Source: Pseudoalteromonas translucida KMM 520 (lineage in GTDB: Bacteria > Pseudomonadota > Gammaproteobacteria > Enterobacterales > Alteromonadaceae). Taken from it: 32,000 nt of DNA. The notes below the pieces were generated by a model. It had not been told where the DNA came from and made no database searches. It saw only the letters and a list, made by a program, of their open reading frames with translations. Position numbers and translations under genes: made by a program. How positions within the stretch are numbered: the first letter of the stretch is position 1; the number at the start of each line of letters is the position of its first letter. Shown in pieces: positions 25,287 to 32,000 of this stretch. Location of the stretch: NCBI RefSeq assembly GCF_001465295.1, contig NZ_CP011035.1, positions 600,001-632,000 on the forward strand. The letters are read 5' to 3'.

Positions 25287-26539
25287 AAAAAATAGCTATA
25301 ATTGGCACCGGCATTTCAGGTTTAACCTGTGGGCATTTATTGCATAAGCATTACGATGTAACCCTATTTGAAAAAAACAATTATATTGGTGGCCACACGG
25401 CAACGGTTGATGTGCAAGTTAATGGCATTGAACACGCTATTGATACCGGCTTTATTGTTTTTAATAACAGAACCTACCCTTATTTTGAAAAGCTACTAGC
25501 GCGTATTGGCGTTGATAAGCAAGAAACAGAAATGAGTTTTAGTGTGCATAACGATGCCACAGGTTTTGAATACAACGGCCATACCTTTACGAGTTTATTT
25601 GCACAGCGTCGTAATATTTTTAGACCTAAATTTTGGCGTTTACTGTACGACATAGTTAGGTTTAATAAATTATGTAAAACAATACACGAGCAAGGCACCT
25701 ATAAAGCAGATCATTCTTTAGGTAAGCTACTAAGTGAACATAATTTTAACGACTTTTTTAAATATCATTATATTTTACCTATGGGCGCTGCTATTTGGTC
25801 TACCAGCATTAAAGAAATGCAAAATGTGGGCGTTGAATTTTTTGTTAAGTTCTTTTTTAATCATGGCTTATTAGATGTAGTAAACAGGCCACAATGGTAT
25901 GTAATACCTGGTGGTTCTCGTCAATATATTAACCCGCTAATTAGAGGCTTTGCCGACAAAATCAAGCTCAATACTGATATTAAATCAGTAACTAGAGCTG
26001 CCGATAAAGTAACCATTGTGTTTGCTAATGGTGAGCAAAGCGAGTTTGATAAAGTGATATTTGCTTGTCATTCAGATCAGGCGTTAGCGTTATTGAGCGA
26101 TGCCAGCGAGCAAGAAAAGTCAGTGTTGGGCGCTATTCCTTATACCGAAAATTCAGTGGTGCTTCATACCGATACTAATTTATTACCCGACAGAAAAGCA
26201 GCCTGGGCTAGTTGGAATTATTTACTCAATAATAATACCGATAAAGCGGCTGTTGTTACGTATCAAATGAATATACTTCAAGGGTTACAGTCAGATACGC
26301 AGTTTTGTGTAACATTGAACCATCTACAAGGGATAGAAAAGAGTAAAATATTACGTGAATTTACTTACCATCACCCAGTATTTAACCAAGAGTCGATAGC
26401 CGCACAACAGCAAAAACACAGCATTGACGGGCAACACAATAGCTATTTTTGTGGTGCGTATTGGTATAACGGTTTTCACGAAGATGGTGTGCATAGTGGT
26501 GTAGATGTTGCAAAACAGCTAGGGGTTGAATTTGACTAG
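25253..26539 (+). CDS. FAD/NAD-binding oxidoreductase (amine-oxidase/desaturase-like)
   Basis: Rossmann motif KKIAIIGTGISGL...FEKNNYIGGH. The start is either GTG 25253 or, more likely, TTG 25283 overlapping the SDR stop (TTGA). Confidence 0.8.
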   Translation: MAQNCKRTSALKKIAIIGTGISGLTCGHLLHKHYDVTLFEKNNYIGGHTATVDVQVNGIEHAIDTGFIVFNNRTYPYFEKLLARIGVDKQETEMSFSVHNDATGFEYNGHTFTSLFAQRRNIFRPKFWRLLYDIVRFNKLCKTIHEQGTYKADHSLGKLLSEHNFNDFFKYHYILPMGAAIWSTSIKEMQNVGVEFFVKFFFNHGLLDVVNRPQWYVIPGGSRQYINPLIRGFADKIKLNTDIKSVTRAADKVTIVFANGEQSEFDKVIFACHSDQALALLSDASEQEKSVLGAIPYTENSVVLHTDTNLLPDRKAAWASWNYLLNNNTDKAAVVTYQMNILQGLQSDTQFCVTLNHLQGIEKSKILREFTYHHPVFNQESIAAQQQKHSIDGQHNSYFCGAYWYNGFHEDGVHSGVDVAKQLGVEFD

Positions 26540-27269
26540 CGCTGTATATTTAGGCGATGTAAAACATCGCCGTTTTGCGGTTAAAAGCCATAGCTTTAGT
26601 TACCCTTTGTACATGATGTGGGTTGATTTAAATAACCCACAGCAATTAAACGATGTGCACAGCCAATTGGGCAGTTCAGGTTTTAAAGCTCTTAAATTTA
26701 ACCAAGCAGACTACCTAAATAAAGACCCTCAATTAAATACCCTTTCGTTAGTAGCGCGCGCGCACAAACACCTTGCAAAGCTAGGTGTTAAACAAACCTT
26801 TAGCCATGTTTATATGCTGGGGCAATTACGCTGTTTAGGTATTTACTTTAGCCCAGTAAATTTTTATTTTTTTGGCGATAACGAAACAAAATTTAGCTAC
26901 ATGATTGCAGAGGTTAGCAACACACCTTGGAATGAACGCCACTATTATTTAGTTCCGTTAGAAAAAAAAGTGAACTTTAAGAAAACTTTTTCCGTATCAC
27001 CTTTTATGGACTTGGACATGAACTACCACTGGCATATTCGACAAACGCAGGATAAAGCATTCATACAAATTAAAAATATACGCGACGAGCAGGTATTATT
27101 CGACGCTACACTAAGGTTAAAACGCTATGAGCTAACTGAGCAACAAGTAAGTAGGTTGCTTAAACGCTTTCCGGCAATGACCTGGTCAATTTTTAAGGGT
27201 ATTTATTATCAAGCATTAAAGTTGTTTATTAAAAGAGTGCCTTTTTTAGGCCACTCAGGTAAGCCATAA
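26526..27269 (+). CDS. DUF1365 family protein
   Basis: 247-aa ORF with TTG start overlapping the upstream gene by 14 nt. N-terminus SAVYLGDVKHRRF and its position between the FAD-oxidoreductase and CFA-synthase-like genes are typical of DUF1365. Confidence 0.7.
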   Translation: MNLTSAVYLGDVKHRRFAVKSHSFSYPLYMMWVDLNNPQQLNDVHSQLGSSGFKALKFNQADYLNKDPQLNTLSLVARAHKHLAKLGVKQTFSHVYMLGQLRCLGIYFSPVNFYFFGDNETKFSYMIAEVSNTPWNERHYYLVPLEKKVNFKKTFSVSPFMDLDMNYHWHIRQTQDKAFIQIKNIRDEQVLFDATLRLKRYELTEQQVSRLLKRFPAMTWSIFKGIYYQALKLFIKRVPFLGHSGKP

Positions 27270-27319
27270 AGCAAGTTGTTATGTTGTTTAGGTAGTAGAG
27301 TAATAATATAGGTGATTTT

Positions 27320-28582
27320 ATGGAAAAAGCGACGCATTTACGTTGTCAAAATAATCGAAGCTGGCTTACTAATTTATATAAAAAAATAGTATTTAAAGCC
27401 TTTTCATCGATTGAAACAGGGAAAATAACGTTAGTTGATAATAACGAGCGTAGCACTTTTGGCGATTTATCGTCAGCTACAAAAGTAACGATTACCGTTA
27501 ATAATAAAGCAATGTACAAAGCATTTTGTTTGTCGGGCAGTGTGGGCGCAGGCGAGTCTTATATTTTAGGGCAATGGTCTTGCGATAACCTAACTCAGCT
27601 GATCGAAATATTTGCAATTAATCAAAATCAATTAGATGCTTTTGAAAAAAAGTTTTCTTTTTTTAGCAATATAGCCAACCGTTTAAATCACTTAAAAAAC
27701 AAAAATTCAGAATCGGGTTCGAAAAAAAATATTATTGCTCATTATGATTTGGGAAATGATTTATACGAATCGTTTTTAAGCAAAGAAATGCTGTATTCGT
27801 GTGCAGTGTATCCCGAAAAAGAAGCAACTTTAGAGCAAGCTCAACAATATAAGTTACAACGAATTTGTGAACAAGTTGAACTACAAAAAGGCGACTCGGT
27901 AATAGAAATAGGCACCGGATGGGGGGCATTTGCAATTTATGCAGCTACTCATTACGACTGCTATGTTACTACCACCACTATATCTGATGAGCAGCACGAC
28001 TATGTTGCACAAAAAGTGAAGCAACTTGGGCTTGAGCATAAAATAACTTTGCTTAAATTAGACTACCGCTCACTTAAAGGGCAATACGATAAACTGGTTT
28101 CAATTGAGATGATTGAAGCGGTAGGGCACGATTACCTACCAAGCTTTTTTACTCAATGTAGTGCGTTATTAAAAGATGATGGCGCTATGCTTATTCAGGC
28201 GATTACTATTGGCGATCAGCGTTATAAACATTATTTGAAAAACTCAGATTTTATTCAGCAATATATTTTTCCTGGTGGCTGTTTGCCATCGTTAAATGAA
28301 ATGAGTGAACAAATTAAAAACAATACCGATATGGTTATTCACACCGTAAACGATATTGGTGCCCATTATGCACGTACACTTGCCGATTGGCGTACGCGCT
28401 TTATACAAAGCTGGCCAGACTTAGATAGCTCTAAATTTGACGAACGTTTTTATCGCTTGTGGTTATTTTACTTTGCTTACTGCGAAGGTGCATTTAGAGC
28501 GCGTGCAACTAGTACCGTGCATTTAATGGCGCGTAAACCGCGTTTTACCAGTGTTGATGATGAAATTGCACTCGGTTATTAA
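27320..28582 (+). CDS. Cyclopropane-fatty-acyl-phospholipid synthase family SAM-dependent methyltransferase
   Basis: 420-aa ORF. Contains HYDLGNDLYESFL, SAM motif VIEIGTGWG, IEMIEAVGH and YIFPGGCLPS, as in the Cfa/mycolic-acid methyltransferase family. Confidence 0.85.
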   Translation: MEKATHLRCQNNRSWLTNLYKKIVFKAFSSIETGKITLVDNNERSTFGDLSSATKVTITVNNKAMYKAFCLSGSVGAGESYILGQWSCDNLTQLIEIFAINQNQLDAFEKKFSFFSNIANRLNHLKNKNSESGSKKNIIAHYDLGNDLYESFLSKEMLYSCAVYPEKEATLEQAQQYKLQRICEQVELQKGDSVIEIGTGWGAFAIYAATHYDCYVTTTTISDEQHDYVAQKVKQLGLEHKITLLKLDYRSLKGQYDKLVSIEMIEAVGHDYLPSFFTQCSALLKDDGAMLIQAITIGDQRYKHYLKNSDFIQQYIFPGGCLPSLNEMSEQIKNNTDMVIHTVNDIGAHYARTLADWRTRFIQSWPDLDSSKFDERFYRLWLFYFAYCEGAFRARATSTVHLMARKPRFTSVDDEIALGY

Positions 28583-29060
28583 TTTTGTGTTGTTTCAAGC
28601 AGTGTGGTTTTTATCCTTACTGCTTGAATCAAGCTCTGTTGTGTTTAGTAGCGCTATTATTGTGTTGATGTTTTATTTATCAAAACAAAAAAAGCACGAC
28701 GCATTGCTGGTTTTAGTGACTTTACCCTTGGCTTTGTTGAGCGAGTTTATTGCCGTTAAAAGTGGTTTATTAGAGTTTAAAGTATTCCCATTTCCTGCTT
28801 GGCTTGCTTTGTTGTGGCTCGCATTACTGCTTAGTATAAATACCTCAATGCGTTTTTTAACCTCACTAAAACTTTGGCAGGTATTTATTGTTTGCCTTGT
28901 GTTTGCGCCTGCAAGTTACTGGGCCGGCGCACGCTTTGAAGTGCTAAATTTAGGCCTGCCGCTATTGGCTTTTTGGTTGGTATATGGCGCTCTTTGGGCT
29001 GCTGTATTTACTTTAATTATTTTAGCTAATTTAAAACTTAAATTATTAGTTACTCGCTGA
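28551..29060 (+). CDS. DUF2878 family membrane protein
   Basis: Hydrophobic ~167-aa ORF overlapping the cfa-like 3' end. The likely start is ATG 28557 or 28560. INFVLFQAVWF resembles the DUF2878 N-terminus. Confidence 0.65.
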   Translation: MLMMKLHSVINFVLFQAVWFLSLLLESSSVVFSSAIIVLMFYLSKQKKHDALLVLVTLPLALLSEFIAVKSGLLEFKVFPFPAWLALLWLALLLSINTSMRFLTSLKLWQVFIVCLVFAPASYWAGARFEVLNLGLPLLAFWLVYGALWAAVFTLIILANLKLKLLVTR

Positions 29061-29083
29061 TCCTCGCCTTTGCTACTCCCGTA
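29058..29083 (+). promoter_or_regulatory. Internal ECF(ChrR-type) promoter-like box TGATCC-N16-CGTA
   Basis: TGATCC tcgcctttgctactcc CGTA straddles the DUF2878 stop codon, 30 nt upstream of the ATG at 29114. Spacer length is identical to the autoregulatory box. Confidence 0.6.
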
Positions 29084-29113
29084 TGTTTAATTACTTATCT
29101 TAAGGGATTTACC

Positions 29114-29605
29114 ATGAACGCTATATTTAAAATACTGTGCATTTGTTTACTCACAACGAGTTGTATTGCTGCGGCAAACATTAGCTTAACGAAAGTAGGG
29201 GATGCGCGGATGGAGTATTTATTTTGGGACGTATACGACGCCACATTATTTACTACAACGGGGGAGTATAAGTTAGGCGATAACCCGATTAAATTTAAGC
29301 TGACTTATTTGCGTGATTTTGCAGCTAAAGACATAGTAAAAGCGACCAACGAGCAATGGCAACACTTAGGTAAAAAACAGCTAACGACGCAATATAGCGA
29401 TAAATTATTAGCGATGTGGCCAGATATAAAAAAAGGCGAATCGTTAACACTCGTAACAGATAAGCAAGGGCTAAGTGTTTTTTATCATAATGATAAAAAA
29501 ATTGGTGAAATTAATGAGCCTGGCTTTGCCGCTGACTTTTTAGCGATTTGGCTAAGCGAAAATACCTCTGAGCCCGCACTTAGAAAACAATTATTAGGGA
29601 ATTAA
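29114..29605 (+). CDS. Exported chalcone-isomerase-like fold protein
   Basis: 163-aa ORF. Signal peptide MNAIFKILCICLLTTSCIAA. YLFWDVYDATLF resembles the bacterial chalcone-isomerase-like family (from memory). Confidence 0.65.
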   Translation: MNAIFKILCICLLTTSCIAAANISLTKVGDARMEYLFWDVYDATLFTTTGEYKLGDNPIKFKLTYLRDFAAKDIVKATNEQWQHLGKKQLTTQYSDKLLAMWPDIKKGESLTLVTDKQGLSVFYHNDKKIGEINEPGFAADFLAIWLSENTSEPALRKQLLGN

Positions 29606-29606
29606 C

Positions 29607-30146
29607 ATGATGATTTTAAATTATGCAAAAGTGACTGTTGCTGCTCTATGCGCGCTGTTGTTGGTAAGTTGTTCTGCCCCCAATGTCGAGCATTACAATA
29701 ACACCTCTCCAGAATTTGACTTTAAAACGTTTTTTAGCGGAAATTTAAAAGCCTATGGCGTTGTGCAAGATTATAAAGGTGAATTAACCCGAAAGCTCGT
29801 GGTTGACATGCACGCAAGCTGGGAGGGCAACCAGGGCGTTATAGAAGAAGATTTTATTTATGATGATGGTGAAACTCAAAAACGTATTTGGAAAGTAACA
29901 CTCAATAATGACAAGAGTTTAACCGGCACTGCAGATGATGTTTTAGGCACAGCAAATGGGAAAAGTGAAGGCAGTGTATTTCATTGGAATTACGATGTTG
30001 AACTACCTTACGACGGCAGCACTTTAACGGTAAACTTTGATGATTGGATGTACTTGGTAACACAAACGCGCTTGATAAACCGTACGTCTATTGTTAAGTT
30101 TGGTATCGAAGTTGGGGAAGTTACTTTGGTTATCGAAAAAATATAG
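29607..30146 (+). CDS. DUF3833 family lipoprotein (lipocalin-like)
   Basis: 179-aa ORF starting 1 nt after the upstream stop. Lipobox LLVSC. FDFKTFFSGNLKAYGVVQDYKGELTRK...ETQKRIWKV matches my recollection of DUF3833. Confidence 0.65.
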   Translation: MMILNYAKVTVAALCALLLVSCSAPNVEHYNNTSPEFDFKTFFSGNLKAYGVVQDYKGELTRKLVVDMHASWEGNQGVIEEDFIYDDGETQKRIWKVTLNNDKSLTGTADDVLGTANGKSEGSVFHWNYDVELPYDGSTLTVNFDDWMYLVTQTRLINRTSIVKFGIEVGEVTLVIEKI

Positions 30147-30355
30147 CTTATGACTCTGTGGCTTAAATTGCGTTAAAATTGCACTTAAATTAAGTCTTTG
30201 TTAACTCAACACGCTGTATTTTACCGATAATTATTTTAATTTTACGCATTTTATAAGATTTTAAGCAAAAAATGCAATTTGCTGTTGCTAACTCTTCAAA
30301 AATGCATAAAGATAGGTTTTGCGAAGGCAAAATAATAACGAATAGGAATCAAATA

Positions 30356-30631
30356 ATGAATAAAGCTCAATTAGTTGAAAAAATTGCTACTGATGCAGAA
30401 ATCTCTAAAGCCGCTGCTACACGCGCTCTTGACGCGTTTACTGGCGCTGTAACTTCTTCTTTAAAAGAAGGTGATTCAGTAGCGTTAGTTGGTTTTGGTA
30501 CTTTTTCAGTTAAAGAACGTGCAGCACGTACTGGCCGTAACCCACAAACGGGTGCTGAGATCCAAATCGCAGCGGCAACTATCCCAAGCTTTAAAGCAGG
30601 TAAAGGTCTTAAAGACCAAGTAAACCTTTAA
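30356..30631 (+). CDS. hupB: DNA-binding protein HU-beta
   Basis: 91 aa from the ATG at 30356. [11 protein letters not shown]...[12 protein letters not shown]...[44 protein letters not shown] is near-identical in pattern to E. coli HupB. The ORF-track start at 30272 is an upstream extension. Confidence 0.9.
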   Translation: MNKAQLVEKIATDAEISKAAATRALDAFTGAVTSSLKEGDSVALVGFGTFSVKERAARTGRNPQTGAEIQIAAATIPSFKAGKGLKDQVNL

Positions 30632-30656
30632 TTGTAGGTTTATCTAATTAAATGAA

Positions 30657-30682
30657 AAGAGGGCCTTTTAGCCCTTTTTTTT
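30657..30682 (+). terminator. hupB intrinsic terminator
   Basis: agggc-ctttta-gccct stem (extendable with A-U/G-U pairs) followed by an 8-T run. Confidence 0.75.
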
Positions 30683-30740
30683 ATGCCTAAAATATTTGTC
30701 AGCCTTGTTAATATTACAATCACATTTAATAATTGTAATA

Positions 30741-30773
30741 AAGTTAATCCACCTTAATAAAGTGGATTAACTT
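30741..30773 (-). terminator. ilvIH terminator hairpin (12-bp perfect stem)
   Basis: aagttaatccac-cttaataaa-gtggattaactt lies 9 nt beyond the ilvH stop. Flanks are T-rich on both strands, so it is possibly bidirectional. Confidence 0.65.
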
Positions 30774-30781
30774 TTAGTTAT

Positions 30782-31282
30782 TTATTTGGCTTTTAGGGCT
30801 TTATCGCCACGGCCAATGCCAACTGCACCAGAACGTACTACTTCAATAATGTCGGTTTCGTGGCGTAGCGTATCTAAAAATGATTCAATTTTATCTGTGC
30901 TACTCACTAACTGTAGGCTATAGCTTAATCGGCCCATATCTAAAATAGTCCCTTGAAATACATCTGCTACGCGGGTAACTGCTGCGCGTGTTGTTTCGTC
31001 TTGGGCAAATACTTTAACCAATAATAGTTCACGCTCAATGTGGCTCATTTCGGTTAAATCAATAATTTTTAGTACATCAACAAGCTTGTTTACCTGTTTG
31101 GTTATTTGCTCTACTACGCGGTCATCACCCATAGTGGTAATAGTAATGCGCGATAAAGACTGATCATCCGTTGTGCCAACTGTTAGGCTGTCGATGTTAT
31201 AAGCACGCTGCGAAAATAACCCTACAATACGCGACAGTGCTCCTGGTTCGTTTTCTAATAATATAGATAAAATACGACGCAT
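30782..31282 (-). CDS. ilvH: Acetolactate synthase III small (regulatory) subunit
   Basis: 166-aa [38 protein letters not shown] is the IlvH ACT-domain signature. ATG overlaps the ilvI stop. Confidence 0.9.
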   Translation of the reverse strand: MRRILSILLENEPGALSRIVGLFSQRAYNIDSLTVGTTDDQSLSRITITTMGDDRVVEQITKQVNKLVDVLKIIDLTEMSHIERELLLVKVFAQDETTRAAVTRVADVFQGTILDMGRLSYSLQLVSSTDKIESFLDTLRHETDIIEVVRSGAVGIGRGDKALKAK

Positions 31283-32000
31283 TATGCTTTTACTCCTTTA
31301 CGTAGCCACATCTCATCAATGCCACCAAACTTAATTTGCATTGGGTATACATGTTCTTTTTCGTCTACAAGAATGTCTAAAAACACTAAACGATCGTTAA
31401 TCGACATGGCTTTATCGATAGCTGGTTGTAACTCGTCTAGGGTGTTTACTTTGATACCTACATGACCGTAGCTTTCTACTAATTTAACAAAATCAGGCAG
31501 CGACTCCATGTAAGATGATGAATGACGCCCGCCATATACCATGTCTTGCCATTGGCGCACCATGCCTAAAGAGCGATTATTTAACGACACGACTTTTACC
31601 GCTAAGTTATATTGCAAACACGTAGCTAGCTCTTGAATATTCATTTGAATAGAACCGTCGCCAGTAATACATACCGATTCTTTATCCGGAAAAGCAAGTT
31701 TTACACCCATGGCTGCAGGTAGGCCAAAGCCCATAGTGCCAAGGCCGCCTGAGTTGATCCACTGACGCGGATGTTTAAACGGGTAATACTGGGCTGCAAA
31801 CATTTGATGTTGGCCAACATCAGAGCTTACATAAGCGTCGCCATTGGTTGCTTTATAAACTGCTTCAATAACGGCTTGCGGTTTAATTGCATCACCATCG
31901 GTGTTATAGCTTAAGCACTTTTGTTCGCGCCAGCTGATAATTTGACGCCACCAGTCTTCTTGGGCGCTGCGATCAATTTGAATAGGGCTTTTATCAATAC
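31282..32000 (-). CDS. ilvI: Acetolactate synthase III large subunit, C-terminal part (5' end outside window)
   Basis: The frame stays open to the window edge beyond the internal Met at 31803 (…[35 protein letters not shown]…). TPP-binding motif [15 protein letters not shown]...[11 protein letters not shown]-terminus HVYPMQI..GG.DEMWL as in E. coli IlvI. Confidence 0.9.
   Translation of the reverse strand, partial: IDKSPIQIDRSAQEDWWRQIISWREQKCLSYNTDGDAIKPQAVIEAVYKATNGDAYVSSDVGQHQMFAAQYYPFKHPRQWINSGGLGTMGFGLPAAMGVKLAFPDKESVCITGDGSIQMNIQELATCLQYNLAVKVVSLNNRSLGMVRQWQDMVYGGRHSSSYMESLPDFVKLVESYGHVGIKVNTLDELQPAIDKAMSINDRLVFLDILVDEKEHVYPMQIKFGGIDEMWLRKGVKA

Noticed and set aside
27715-27723. GGGTTCGAA, resembling a tRNA T-loop
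   Set aside because: It lies inside the well-supported cfa-like CDS, with no acceptor or anticodon-arm complementarity around it.
30272-30355. Upstream extension of hupB (119-aa ORF-track version). The same issue applies to 19788-19820 (LON-domain gene) and 19293-19328 (small exported protein).
   Set aside because: The homologous or signal-peptide start is the internal ATG with a better ribosome-binding context. For 19788, the ATG also overlaps or lies upstream of the predicted transcription start.
1-32000. Search for tRNA, rRNA, CRISPR arrays, long tandem repeats and phage-defence-like genes
   Set aside because: I saw no regularly spaced direct repeats, no rRNA-like stretches and no cloverleaf candidates. 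No ORF shows nuclease, helicase or ATPase defence-type signatures. This was visual inspection only, so small ncRNAs cannot be excluded.

Overview
The window looks like chromosomal DNA from an AT-rich marine gammaproteobacterium. Protein similarity and codon style suggest Alteromonadales or Pseudoalteromonas, but that is inference only. I found no tRNA, rRNA or CRISPR array.

Most of it is ordinary core genome:
- two c-di-GMP signalling genes: an EAL-HDOD protein and a membrane GGDEF-EAL protein with a degenerate GNDEF motif
- rluF and a DUF418 membrane protein
- a two-gene RND efflux operon (MFP plus permease, no outer-membrane gene) with a divergent LysR regulator
- an alkyltransferase-like (ATL) gene overlapping the LysR stop
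- an SSF sodium:solute symporter followed by an untracked 43-aa membrane ORF
- a hotdog thioesterase, a UPF0126/TRIC-like channel and a hemolysin-III family protein
- hupB, and ilvIH (ilvI truncated at the window edge)

There are two clear accessory elements:
- An intact IS4-family insertion sequence (6281-7706). It has imperfect 18-bp inverted repeats and a 9-bp target duplication, and it sits exactly in the loop of the RND operon's terminator hairpin.
- A ccdAB toxin-antitoxin pair (17292-17854).

The most coherent system is a roughly 10-kb ECF-sigma/ChrR (singlet-oxygen type) locus at 19761-30146. Three TGATC(C/G)-N16-CGTA promoter-like boxes precede, in turn:
- a LON N-domain-only gene
- the sigma/anti-sigma pair with ybgA-like, phrB, NTF2-like, SDR, FAD-oxidoreductase, DUF1365, CFA-synthase-like and DUF2878 genes (a furan/methylated fatty-acid-type module)
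- a separately promoted pair of exported proteins of unknown function (chalcone-isomerase-like, and a DUF3833 lipoprotein)

I see nothing resembling a phage-defence system. The novelty candidates are regulatory and architectural rather than a clearly new gene family.
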